Of a stretch of 64,000 nt of DNA, positions 36,148 to 45,460 are shown in pieces. Made by a program: the position numbers and the translations under genes. Positions within the stretch are counted from its first letter, which is position 1. Each line of letters opens with the position of its first letter. The notes under the pieces were generated by a model. The model did not search any database. It worked only from the letters and a program-made list of their open reading frames with translations, and was not told the origin of the DNA. Location: positions 1-64,000 of IMG/VR virus record IMGVR_UViG_3300043252_000011; one strand, 5' to 3'. The stretch comes from a virus (lineage: Duplodnaviria; Caudoviricetes).

Positions 36148-36885
36148 CTAGTCTTCCACGAACGCAGCGCCGCCGCGATAGTGACGGCTGCTATTGAACT
36201 GCACGAGTGCGACAAAACCGGCGGAAGTCGGATCATTGCCGATTTGATTGCCCGAACTGAGCAAACGCAGCGGCAGCGTTGACGTGGTTTGGAAAGTCGC
36301 CGGATCGAGCGACACGCCGGAAATGCCGAAGCGCGTTGCTTGCTGTGCGGCATTTGCTTTCACGTCGATGCCGGCGCCAAGAATCAGGTTGAACGCGGTA
36401 GCCGGCACAGTCGGCATCGTGATTTCCATTTCCAAGCTCGGGCTCGTATCGACGGCAGCCCAGCACTCGGTCGAAGCTGGCGCGTACTGAAAGCCGTTCT
36501 TTGCCTGATAAAGCGTGATCGGGCCGAAGCCGACAACCACGCCGGCAATGATGCTGGTCGTGTCGCCGGGCACCCAGCGGGTGATGTTCGGGTCCATGGA
36601 TTGGTTGCCAAGCAACGTACCGCCGCCGTTGCCGATGACGACTGATGGCGTTGCCGGGGTGCCGATGTTGTACGGCATGTCGGCCGCGCCGGGCGTGCCG
36701 ATCGAGCCGGAAGCCCACACGACGATATCGCCCCGGAAAATCGCTGCGGCGTTGGCGGCCGGAATGTGGAAATAACGGACAGTCGCTTGCGCTTGGGGGC
36801 CGCCGTCGCGAGGCGTCACAGGTAGGAGTCCCGAATAGTGTTTAAAGCCACCCCCAAGCGTACCGGCATTAATGATGTTCACCAT
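36148..36885 (-). CDS. capsid decoration / minor capsid protein
   Basis: YFHIPA...AIFRGDIV...AGVVVG...LPLRLL pattern of capsid-associated decoration proteins; SD aggag. Confidence 0.65.
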   Translation of the reverse strand: MVNIINAGTLGGGFKHYSGLLPVTPRDGGPQAQATVRYFHIPAANAAAIFRGDIVVWASGSIGTPGAADMPYNIGTPATPSVVIGNGGGTLLGNQSMDPNITRWVPGDTTSIIAGVVVGFGPITLYQAKNGFQYAPASTECWAAVDTSPSLEMEITMPTVPATAFNLILGAGIDVKANAAQQATRFGISGVSLDPATFQTTSTLPLRLLSSGNQIGNDPTSAGFVALVQFNSSRHYRGGAAFVED

Positions 36886-36977
36886 CGAGAAATCTCCTGC
36901 GTTGCGTCATACAATTTCATTGACACACTACACCGCTAAAGCGTATGACACCAACTCTTAAATAGGCGGGGGTTTCC

Positions 36978-37535
36978 GTGAAACCGTGTAACACTTGTGG
37001 CGTCGTGAAAAATTTAGAGCAATTCCATACGCACTCAACACGCGACGGGCGCCGTAATAAATGCGCCGAATGTGAAAATAAACTCAGGCGCGAACGCCGG
37101 CAGAACAATCTAGCAAAAGAACGCGCCCGCGATAGAAAACGCTACCGTACAAATCCCGTACGGCGGCTGAACAGCCAAAGATTACGCGCAGCTAATTTAG
37201 ACCGATACAAAGCCAATGACGTACGCCGACACGCTGCCGATCCGCGTAAAAAAATGTTGCGCGCCGCACGAAAGCGCGCTAAAGAGTACGGTAGAGAGTG
37301 TACAATAACCTTAGCAGATATTATTGTGCCCCCGCTGTGTCCGTTGCTAGGCGTCCCCATAACAGTTGGGACCGCTAAGGTCCACAACAACTCACCTACA
37401 CTTGATCGCAAGGACAGCACAAAAGGATACGTACCCGGCAACGTGTGGGTTATAAGTTGGCGCGCTAATCGTATGAAATCTGACAGCACACTTGAAGAAT
37501 TAAAACTTTTTGTAAAAAATTGGCCAGTCACATGA
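36978..37535 (+). CDS. HNH-like homing endonuclease
   Basis: CxxC N-terminus; CPLLG...SPTLDRKDSTKGYVPGNVWVISWRANRMK. Confidence 0.8.
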   Translation: MKPCNTCGVVKNLEQFHTHSTRDGRRNKCAECENKLRRERRQNNLAKERARDRKRYRTNPVRRLNSQRLRAANLDRYKANDVRRHAADPRKKMLRAARKRAKEYGRECTITLADIIVPPLCPLLGVPITVGTAKVHNNSPTLDRKDSTKGYVPGNVWVISWRANRMKSDSTLEELKLFVKNWPVT

Positions 37536-37687
37536 CGCACCCGTGGGAAAAGCCACCAGAGCCGGACTACAACGAAATACCAGAATTCCTAAAACGCGAA
37601 TTGCCGCCTAATCACGCAAATAATCTTCAAGAGAAAGCCCAAGATTGGCTTCCGCCTTGGGGACCCACGAATTCGTCTCATTCCTGA
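37532..37687 (+). CDS. 51-aa micro-ORF with FtsZ C-terminal-like peptide
   Basis: Manual translation MTHPWEKPPEPDYNEIPEFLKRE...; ATGA overlap with the HNH stop. Confidence 0.45.
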   Translation: MTHPWEKPPEPDYNEIPEFLKRELPPNHANNLQEKAQDWLPPWGPTNSSHS

Positions 37688-37916
37688 GTGCCGCACGTAC
37701 AACGCCGGTAACGCCACTGTCGCGCGCCCGCTCGAATAGCAGTATTTGGCCTTCCGCGAGCGCCTTGTCGATTTCAGGATCGTCTTTCACCGTATTCCAA
37801 TCGATACCAGCAGCTCGCGCCGCCAGTTCGTACGGTACGCCTTCCTGCAACCGCGCGATCATGATTTCACGCGGCGTTGTTGCTTTGGGCTTTTGGGGAT
37901 AAGACCACGGGAACAT
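37608..37916 (-). CDS. putative terminase small subunit (HTH)
   Basis: RLQEGVPYELAARAAGI...DPEIDKALAEG. Confidence 0.55.
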   Translation of the reverse strand: MFPWSYPQKPKATTPREIMIARLQEGVPYELAARAAGIDWNTVKDDPEIDKALAEGQILLFERARDSGVTGVVRAALRNETNSWVPKAEANLGLSLEDYLRD

Positions 37917-37924
37917 TATTTTGC

Positions 37925-38320
37925 CTACGGCGAGGCCCCAACGCCTTGCACGGCACCACGTTGCGCGATCGTACCGGCAACATCACGCGCCGTACGAGCA
38001 CCGTTATCCGGCATCGCACCAAGAATATCGGAGAACTTGGCAGGGCTGCCGGCCGCGCGTTCCTGCATCCGATTTTCGCCATCCGCATACGCAGCCCACT
38101 GTGCAAACCTATGATGAGGGGCTGAGTCGCCAGGCTGGATAAAAATTACGTCACATTCTTCCGTACATCTACAGAGCGGAGTTCCGTTGCCAATAACGAT
38201 CATGACGTCGATAAGACGTGCGTTGTGCACTTTAGTTATTACAGCCGCGAAAGGTATATTGTCCGAACACCTATAGCGGAACCAAACAGTACGCCCAGCC
38301 TTTAATTCTATTTCAGTCAT
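37925..38320 (-). CDS. hypothetical protein, apparently chimeric C-terminus
   Basis: GRTVWF...PFAAVITKV N-domain; ends AQRGAVQG like the upstream gene. Confidence 0.6.
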   Translation of the reverse strand: MTEIELKAGRTVWFRYRCSDNIPFAAVITKVHNARLIDVMIVIGNGTPLCRCTEECDVIFIQPGDSAPHHRFAQWAAYADGENRMQERAAGSPAKFSDILGAMPDNGARTARDVAGTIAQRGAVQGVGASP

Positions 38321-41300
38321 TGCACTGCCCCCGAACGCAGCACGTCACCCTGTACAGCCCCGCGCTGCGCCACGTTGCCGGTGATAGCCTTCAGAGTCCC
38401 GTCGTCTTGCAAGTCCTTCATGAAGAAATCCTTAAACTGTACCGGCTGGCCAAGAACCTTGGCGTTCATGTACTGACGCATTACCCTGTATATGCGCTGG
38501 CCGCCAATACCCGCCGCAGCCGTAGCGGAGAGAGCGCCGAGCGTTGGGACGCCTGCGGCATTCGCCGATAGCTCTCCCGCGATGACTGGCAGCATCAATT
38601 TCCAGTCGGCAGGCGCCCCCACTTTCATTGCGTTAAACGCACGCATGGCACCCGGGTCGTCACCCGCAAACGACTTAAAAGCAGTCTCCATCGCGCGGCG
38701 CGCTGGCGAATTACCGCCTTCTAACAGTTGCTGCATCCGGGCGTAGTTCATGCCGCCCGAACCTGTCATGATCGTCGCCCAGCTTTTATCTAGTTGCTCC
38801 AGACGGTCGATAACTTGTGGAGCTCTAGCAGGGCCAAACACGTACTTTGCCGCCGCTACCTGTTGATTGCGTACGCCCTGAAAAATATTATCCATCGCAT
38901 CCGCGCTCGGCTTATCGGCATTTTGCAAAAACGCCATGCGCTTTTGTATTAATTCAGAACCAGCATTTTGCAGTTGCTGCCATTTCTGACTCCAGTTATC
39001 GGCCGGAGCCTTAACCAACATTTCCGCGTGCTCCGCATCGGGCACGAACTTAGCTTCAACCGTGCCAGTCGGATTTTCCGACGTGCGTATCTGCGCAAGC
39101 GGGCCGTCCGGCGTCGGTTGATTTGCTTTTGGGACGCCAACGCCAGTGTTCTGCACATCCTGGCGAAGTTGATTATAACCCTGCGATGTTTCATTTGCCG
39201 CACTTCGCGCACGGCCCATGACAACGGCTTCGCCGCGTGGTACGTCGCCTTCCGACGTAACCTTGTGCGCATACGCTACTTCGTCAGGCTTCGCGTTCGG
39301 CAGCATGTCTTTAATCGTTGCTTCAGCTTTCTCCTTCGCAGCCTGTGCAGCTAAGTACTTCGGATTATCACCAGCGCCATCGCCCGGTAGCTTTGGCTCC
39401 GTTGTGGCGAGCGTTTGGTTTGCTTCGTGCAGATCCTTCGCAGCGGCTTGTACGGTTTTTTGCGCGTCGGTTGTGAATAAGCTGTAAACTTTATTCAGCC
39501 CCATGCCGAGCGCGTGGCCAAACAGTCTACCGCCAAGACCTTCAGCGCCGCCGCGCAAGCCAGCGTCAACTATGTCAGCCGGGGTACCGCCTTCCACTGC
39601 TGTCGCACCCGCTTCAATAGCGGCGCTGCCGGCAGTTTGGCCGCCGAGTACCGCAAGCCCCGTTTTTGTTAGCAATTTACCAGCGGGCACAACACTGAGA
39701 AGGCCACCAAGTGCAGCTTGTTCGGCGATCTTTGTTTTACTTTGCGGGTTGCCCTGCAGGTAGTCTTTCAGAACTTGACCGCCGCCGCCGCCGATCGCAC
39801 CGCCAATAACTTGACCCGGCAAACCAGCGCGCGAGCCGATAAGCGATCCGACAGTAGAGCCGGCGGCGGGCAACGCGCCTTCAAGCATTTGCGTGCCGCC
39901 CTGACGCCCTTGCTCTTGTTGCTCCGGCGTAAGCTGGTTCCACGCCGTCGCGGCAGGGTCGTCCATCGGATTGCCCGCTGCCGGCTGTCGGCCCGGCGCT
40001 GCGCTGGACTGTGGTACTGTGCCCTCTGTAGCGTCGGCATAGCGTTGCAATACCGTTGCGACAGTCGGCCGCCCTCTGAAAAATCGCGGATTGTTTCTCG
40101 CAGCCTCTTCGCCGACAACCGTACGTGCATCGGCATTAGGATCGGCCTGCAACAGTTTTGGGCCGCCAGCCGTGCCGAGATTGTGCGCAATGTACAGCGA
40201 CGTGTCATTAACCGGCAGCCCGGCCGTCTGCAATGCAGTCGCGTTCTTTTGCGTAAAAGTAGCGAGCGCCGCTGTCTGCTGCGCTGGCGTCGCGTCCTTG
40301 GCACGATCAGGGGCACCGGGTGGCCGATTGTCTTTCCAGGTCTGATCCGTGAATCCGTACGCACCCGACGCGCTGGTGCTCGCGGTAGTGGCCGTCCATG
40401 GGTTTGCTTTTCCGGGCGCCTCGATGCCTTGCGTAGTTTGCGCGTACGTTGGCGACGCACCTGGAGGCATCGAAGGCTGGCCCGTACCGCCGCCGGGCGA
40501 TTGAGGGGCCGGGAGGTTTGACGGCGGTACGGGTTGCGCTGGGGTTACAGCGCCGGCATTCTGGTCCGGCTGTTGTACGGGTGTCAAGGGGGGTCGCGGC
40601 GGCTGAGCGCCGTTTACGTTCGATCCTTGCGGAAAAAATATACGCTGATTGCCGCGCACGACGCTGGGGTACGAACGCCAGCCATTAATCGCGTCAACGC
40701 GGCCTTCCTCGTGGTATTGCGCAACGCTGTCTTTCAACGACGCATCAAGTGGTATGTCCTCCAACGGGCGCCCAATCTGTCCGGCGTAGCGCATTGCCCC
40801 ACTAACGCGCCCAGCAGCTTGCTCTTGCGCAAATTTGTAGTTTTCGTTCGCGATGAACTGCATCCCGCGCTTTGTTTCATCCGAAATGCGCGGCGCGTCG
40901 CCTTTTCGGCCGCCATCAACCCAATTCTTATATGCGCCCAGCTCGCTTGTCGCGCGATTCAGGAAGCCTTCAAAGCCGCCTTGTTGCTTTCCGAACATCT
41001 GCGACAAGCCCGTGGTGCCGGCAGCGGCCGATTTCTCAGCCACGTCGCGGCCGACGGCGCCCAACGTGTCTTTCAGCAGCGCCAAACCGGCCGACGAATT
41101 GTACATCTGGTCATTAAGCGCCTCGTTCCTGAATTTGTTCGCTATGTTGTACTGATTAAGCGCGCCTTTTACGTCGTCGCCCGCAAACATCTTGTCGCTT
41201 TTTTCAAGGCGTTCTGCCGTCGTTGCGTTCCAGCCGCCGTCTTTCGGGGCGAGGCCATATTTTTCAACCTGTACGGAACCGTTAGGGCCGACATTGCCAG

Positions 41301-42258
41301 TCTGCCCGTCAATGGACCGCGTACGGACAGGAAAACCAGCAGGCTCGTTTGAGCTACCAACGCGAATATCGCCTTGCAACGCGACTTCCACATCTTTTGG
41401 AGCCGTGCCATCGAAATTCGTGATGTTGTTAAGTTTCTGCGTAACCTGAGAATGCAGTTGCTGCGCTTGCGTAAACGCCGCGCCGTGTTGTTGCACTCCA
41501 GCCTGCCAGTCCGACACTTTTTCCGGTATCGTTTGGAATCCAAGCGAAGTGATGGATTGCTTTTCTTCCGGCGTTAGGCTGCGGAGTACGGATGCGTACG
41601 CGGGTTGATTGTCGCCGGCAGCATTTAGTTTTGTGATGGCCGTGCTGGCTGCGGCGAGCCGCGCCCCGGCACCGTCAACAGCGGTCCCGGCAAAATCCTG
41701 CACCCAATCGCCCTTGCCGCGCGCCTGGAGATATTTGGCTTTACTGAAATCGCCGGACTTATACTGGTCGAGCAACCAATTATCCACCGTGTCATTCGTC
41801 ATGAACGGGTTTTGAGCGGACGCCGGCATTCCAAAATTGGTCGCACTTTTCTGGATGTCGGTTTGCTGTTGCTTTTGCGTTTTGATATTCTGCAGTTGTT
41901 CGGTCAGTTTTGGCAACGCATCACGCGCTGCCTGTACGGATTCGGGTGCAAATATCTGCATAAGAAAACCGCCGAAGCCGCTGGCCGTCGCGATCTTGCT
42001 GGTGCGATCGACGCGCTGTTCAAGCAGGTTCGCCGACTGGTCAAGCGCAGTTGCTTTCGGATCCTCTAGCGGTTTGTAGTTCGGAAACGGCGAGACGAAC
42101 GAGTTACCGAATGTTGGCCCGCTGTCTTGCGGTGCAAGCGCTGTCGGCGCTGCCGTGGGCATATCCAAACCGCCGGCCGGCAACACGCCGCTGCCATCGC
42201 CGCTATATGCTGGCGAGCCCGATTGAGTATCTAGGCCACCGCCGAAAACGTCTGACAT
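38317..42258 (-). CDS. large internal virion/ejection protein with lysozyme/transglycosylase-like domain
   Basis: 1313 aa, A/G/Q-rich; IEA...SASGAYGFTDQTW...LYIAHNLG.AG..KLL. Confidence 0.8.
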   Translation of the reverse strand: MSDVFGGGLDTQSGSPAYSGDGSGVLPAGGLDMPTAAPTALAPQDSGPTFGNSFVSPFPNYKPLEDPKATALDQSANLLEQRVDRTSKIATASGFGGFLMQIFAPESVQAARDALPKLTEQLQNIKTQKQQQTDIQKSATNFGMPASAQNPFMTNDTVDNWLLDQYKSGDFSKAKYLQARGKGDWVQDFAGTAVDGAGARLAAASTAITKLNAAGDNQPAYASVLRSLTPEEKQSITSLGFQTIPEKVSDWQAGVQQHGAAFTQAQQLHSQVTQKLNNITNFDGTAPKDVEVALQGDIRVGSSNEPAGFPVRTRSIDGQTGNVGPNGSVQVEKYGLAPKDGGWNATTAERLEKSDKMFAGDDVKGALNQYNIANKFRNEALNDQMYNSSAGLALLKDTLGAVGRDVAEKSAAAGTTGLSQMFGKQQGGFEGFLNRATSELGAYKNWVDGGRKGDAPRISDETKRGMQFIANENYKFAQEQAAGRVSGAMRYAGQIGRPLEDIPLDASLKDSVAQYHEEGRVDAINGWRSYPSVVRGNQRIFFPQGSNVNGAQPPRPPLTPVQQPDQNAGAVTPAQPVPPSNLPAPQSPGGGTGQPSMPPGASPTYAQTTQGIEAPGKANPWTATTASTSASGAYGFTDQTWKDNRPPGAPDRAKDATPAQQTAALATFTQKNATALQTAGLPVNDTSLYIAHNLGTAGGPKLLQADPNADARTVVGEEAARNNPRFFRGRPTVATVLQRYADATEGTVPQSSAAPGRQPAAGNPMDDPAATAWNQLTPEQQEQGRQGGTQMLEGALPAAGSTVGSLIGSRAGLPGQVIGGAIGGGGGQVLKDYLQGNPQSKTKIAEQAALGGLLSVVPAGKLLTKTGLAVLGGQTAGSAAIEAGATAVEGGTPADIVDAGLRGGAEGLGGRLFGHALGMGLNKVYSLFTTDAQKTVQAAAKDLHEANQTLATTEPKLPGDGAGDNPKYLAAQAAKEKAEATIKDMLPNAKPDEVAYAHKVTSEGDVPRGEAVVMGRARSAANETSQGYNQLRQDVQNTGVGVPKANQPTPDGPLAQIRTSENPTGTVEAKFVPDAEHAEMLVKAPADNWSQKWQQLQNAGSELIQKRMAFLQNADKPSADAMDNIFQGVRNQQVAAAKYVFGPARAPQVIDRLEQLDKSWATIMTGSGGMNYARMQQLLEGGNSPARRAMETAFKSFAGDDPGAMRAFNAMKVGAPADWKLMLPVIAGELSANAAGVPTLGALSATAAAGIGGQRIYRVMRQYMNAKVLGQPVQFKDFFMKDLQDDGTLKAITGNVAQRGAVQGDVLRSGAVQ

Positions 42259-42321
42259 TTTGACCGCTCCGCATGCGAATTGCGGGACGGTAGCATGATT
42301 AGAGCTGGTTTGTCACTTAGG

Positions 42322-42585
42322 CTACCTAATGAATATCTGTGCACGAAAAAACCTACCAATTCTGAATCCAAACTCTCGTCTTACGCTGCGTTTCTCAGCT
42401 TCGTTTGCCGCAGCAACAATAAATTCAGCATCCGCACGGGTCAAACCGTAGCCAGGAGACCCGCTGTCAGTGGACCACCCCGGCGCCTCAGGATCGGCGC
42501 TCACAGTCCATATTTCAGCTTCGTCCCGCTCGGACCCTTTGCTGTAAGAGCAACCTTCATCGCAGACTGCGTACCACTTTCGCAT
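42322..42585 (-). CDS. hypothetical protein
   Basis: DAEFIVAAAN phage small-protein motif. Confidence 0.55.
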   Translation of the reverse strand: MRKWYAVCDEGCSYSKGSERDEAEIWTVSADPEAPGWSTDSGSPGYGLTRADAEFIVAAANEAEKRSVRREFGFRIGRFFRAQIFIR

Positions 42586-42635
42586 CTTTAACCCCGTTAA
42601 TTGTACGGTTAGTGTGCATCCTTTTCCGTACACTG

Positions 42636-42791
42636 TCAACTGCGCCGCTTTCCATAAAGCAAACATACGTACAACCGATATGCTTTCACAGCCAAATGCC
42701 TGCCGCCGCTAGGATACGCAATGTACACATACGTTGGCCACTGAGGCCAAGTATGCCACAACACACTCAATTCGCGACCAAATATTCTCAT
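42636..42791 (-). CDS. small hypothetical protein
   Basis: ATGA overlap with the GcrA stop. Confidence 0.45.
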   Translation of the reverse strand: MRIFGRELSVLWHTWPQWPTYVYIAYPSGGRHLAVKAYRLYVCLLYGKRRS

Positions 42792-43249
42792 GCTGTACTC
42801 CGATAAGCCACACTGCAATGTTCCGCACAGTACGGCTTGCCTTCGACGGCGCTGCCACCACAGAAAAAGAAATCAGGCGACAATGGGTCGCCGAACGGCC
42901 ATTTGCAAACGCCACTGTTGAGTTGCAATAGTGTACAGCGCTGCGCGGCTGGAATATTGGAACCGTCAGGTAGGACTGGCAATAGAGCCGGCGCGTTTAT
43001 TTCGACATAGTCGAAGCGGTCGCCGTGATTAGTGAGGCGCTTAACTTTTGGCCGTGTCTTCGATCTGTCTTTGGTGCTCTGCGGACGCTCCCCTAAACCA
43101 AGACGGTGTGCTTTCCCGATGCACGCATTACGCTCCCCCGGAAAACCTAACTGAGCAGCAATATCGCTAAATGAATATCCTTGGGCGTGCAGCTTACGAA
43201 ATTTTGCTTCGCGCTCGATCGTCCATTTAATTACCTGCGGGGCGCCCAT
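42788..43249 (-). CDS. gcrA: GcrA cell-cycle regulator homolog
   Basis: WT.ER...G.S...IA.QLG..RNACIGKAHRLGL and CKWPFGDP...FFFCG...GKPYCAEH..AY. Confidence 0.93.
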   Translation of the reverse strand: MGAPQVIKWTIEREAKFRKLHAQGYSFSDIAAQLGFPGERNACIGKAHRLGLGERPQSTKDRSKTRPKVKRLTNHGDRFDYVEINAPALLPVLPDGSNIPAAQRCTLLQLNSGVCKWPFGDPLSPDFFFCGGSAVEGKPYCAEHCSVAYRSTA

Positions 43250-43458
43250 CACACTTTGCTCCACGGCATCCAGGCCGTGCCGACGACGCTGTAAAAGAAT
43301 TTCGTCTCCCGATCATGGCGCGGTCCCCACACAACACGTACGCCGCTGGGTGTACATTCGACAACTTCGCCATGACCGCGGACGTAAATGCCGCCGCCGA
43401 TGGCGTGATTTACGATCTTGTCGCCTTCTTTGAGCGCGGAGAATTCTTGCAAGTTCAT
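43249..43458 (-). CDS. hypothetical protein (SH3-like)
   Basis: LKEGDKI...GEVV...VVW; coupled to neighbours. Confidence 0.6.
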   Translation of the reverse strand: MNLQEFSALKEGDKIVNHAIGGGIYVRGHGEVVECTPSGVRVVWGPRHDRETKFFYSVVGTAWMPWSKV

Positions 43459-43691
43459 GACGCAGCCCCGACGTAGACGATACGAAAACCGATCTTGTGA
43501 AGCGCGATGATTATTGCGGACGCGTCATTCGGGTCGAAATCGTGAAACCCGTTATGCATGAGTGCTTGCTGTGCAGCAACTAATTCCGCCGGTTTGTACA
43601 GCTTGTTTACGTGCTCAGCCATCCTGGCCCATTCCTCGTTGCTGGCGTGACTTGTGAGTACCGTCAGGATAATGGTCGCGCATATCCCCAA
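43455..43691 (-). CDS. hypothetical protein
   Basis: Coupled ORF; start uncertain. Confidence 0.45.
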   Translation of the reverse strand: MGICATIILTVLTSHASNEEWARMAEHVNKLYKPAELVAAQQALMHNGFHDFDPNDASAIIIALHKIGFRIVYVGAAS

Positions 43692-44042
43692 CGACGTGCG
43701 TAACCCGGCCTGAATACTTTGGCATGTCCTTAATTGACAGCTTCATGCGCGGATCGGGTTGCGATGGCGTAAAGCACGCTATTAGCTTTGCCAGCATTTT
43801 CTTCATCTTACCACCCCGAACGCGTGCATAAACACCGCACCGAACGAACAACCAAGCATCAAGCCGAGCCCGATGCAAACAAATAAAGTCAGCTTTTCGG
43901 TGCGCGTCATAGCTCGTCATCCAGTAAATCGAGGATGCCCAATAGCACGTCGACGATGAACTTGTCACGGCCCGGTTCGTCAGCATGGCGTTTTATGCGT
44001 TCACGGAGTCGTGCGATTTTGGCGTCGATAGATCGCTTACGT

Positions 44043-44240
44043 TCAACCACGGCTCAACTCCCTCTTAATCCTGGCAACCATCGAACGGCTGCACGTGTAC
44101 AGCCGCTCCGCTTCCGGACTGCGTGGCCTATCGGCTTCACGTACCGATGCATCGCTGGCGATAATCACACTCGCCAGCAACCTTTGTACGGCGTTGAGCA
44201 GCCTGCCGCGCCGGTCCCGTTTGCGGTGGTAGCGTGTCAT
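44043..44240 (-). CDS. small basic hypothetical protein
   Basis: ATG ORF with aggtga upstream. Confidence 0.5.
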   Translation of the reverse strand: MTRYHRKRDRRGRLLNAVQRLLASVIIASDASVREADRPRSPEAERLYTCSRSMVARIKRELSRG

Positions 44241-44306
44241 GGCACGTCACCTAACAACAGCCGAAGATTATGTGCCATGAGCGTCTTTTTTATTTTTACG
44301 TGGCAT

Positions 44307-44717
44307 TTAATACACCACTCGCTTGCCAGCTTCCGGCTTGAACGAAGCCACGGCAACGAACGACTTGCCTTCGTCACCCAGCTTTTCCATTTGTGCCGGC
44401 GACAGCAGCTCGCGTTTGAACGCCTTGTCGCCAAGCGTCTCTTGCGCAAGCACGGCGGTAGTCTCGGGGTCGCTCCAGCGGCGATGCACAACAGCGTCTT
44501 TGACGACAACGCCGGGAATCAGCTCGCCGTTGCCGATCGCACGCGCTTGAATTTGTGCATCGATGGCAGCTTGGAATGCACCGATTGCCTGTACGGCTTT
44601 CACCATCGGGACAAGGTTGGCGCTTTCGATGGCGTCGGCATTGATAGCTTGCAATTTGGCAAGTACCGATTCGAGATCGGCGTAGACGGTGGCTAAGGCG
44701 GGGATGTTCGTATTCAT
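44307..44717 (-). CDS. stand-alone paralog of the DUF2800 C-terminal region
   Basis: PG..K....R.W.D...SPAQ.EKLG..GK...V...KPE shared with 3553-4533. Confidence 0.8.
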   Translation of the reverse strand: MNTNIPALATVYADLESVLAKLQAINADAIESANLVPMVKAVQAIGAFQAAIDAQIQARAIGNGELIPGVVVKDAVVHRRWSDPETTAVLAQETLGDKAFKRELLSPAQMEKLGDEGKSFVAVASFKPEAGKRVVY

Positions 44718-44720
44718 AGT

Positions 44721-44776
44721 CGCTCTCCAGCGGTTTGTCGATGTACGTACAATAACACCTTAAAAACCTATGTCAA
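44721..44776 (-). promoter_or_regulatory. conserved phage promoter/leader cassette, copy C
   Basis: TTGACA-N16-TATTGT, TGTACGTACA, AAACCGCTGGAGAG. Confidence 0.85.
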
Positions 44777-45226
44777 GCGATTATTTCGCTTTTCCAACCG
44801 CCGACCGTAACCCCAGCTCGTTTCGGTGTCCATGCCCAAAAGCCACGCCAGCTTGCCGAGTTCGTAACCCTCACAGATGGCGTCCCAATGGGCCACAGCC
44901 GCTCGCCCATTGACCGGCGAGGCAACGATGGCAATCCGCAAGGCTGACGCTGCAGGCTCGTCGGCAGCCGCCAGAACGCGTTGCTTGCGTTTTGTACGTT
45001 CAAAATCCGTACGTCGCAAGTTACTGATCGCCACAAGATCCTCAACCACGCTCGCAAGCAAGCCGCCGCAAAGTTCCGCCAGTTCGATCGGTAACCCGGC
45101 TTGCCTGCAGGCTATCGTCAAAGTCGGGCTTTTCATCCGTACAAGCGCGTTGATAGCCGGTTGATGCCGCGCAACTGTCTGTACGGCCAGTTCGGGCAGC
45201 CGTGTGTGCGTAATAAGTGCGTTCAC
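44768..45226 (-). CDS. hypothetical protein
   Basis: GTG start with SD aaggt. Confidence 0.6.
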   Translation of the reverse strand: MNALITHTRLPELAVQTVARHQPAINALVRMKSPTLTIACRQAGLPIELAELCGGLLASVVEDLVAISNLRRTDFERTKRKQRVLAAADEPAASALRIAIVASPVNGRAAVAHWDAICEGYELGKLAWLLGMDTETSWGYGRRLEKRNNRLT

Positions 45227-45329
45227 GTTTCGTACCTTTCACGATTGGATGATACTCTCCCTTCGTCCCCCTCGTCTAGTGGGTGTTGATGCCTATGCTT
45301 ACTAACACCCTCCCACTTCAAGGGGGTGA

Positions 45330-45460
45330 TTGAATATGCAGGCTGTAAATTTACGGCTTTTCACCATATATTTACAGCTAAGACTGTGGTAAATTTACAA
45401 CAAATTTATGGTGTAAAATAAAATTCACAAAAATTCATGAGACCCCTTTACAACTCTTTT
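45330..45460. other. AT-rich region with AAATTTAC-like repeats, candidate replication origin
   Basis: GTAAATTTAC palindromes at 45345-45354 and 45389-45398 plus degenerate copies, at a strand switch. Confidence 0.5.
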
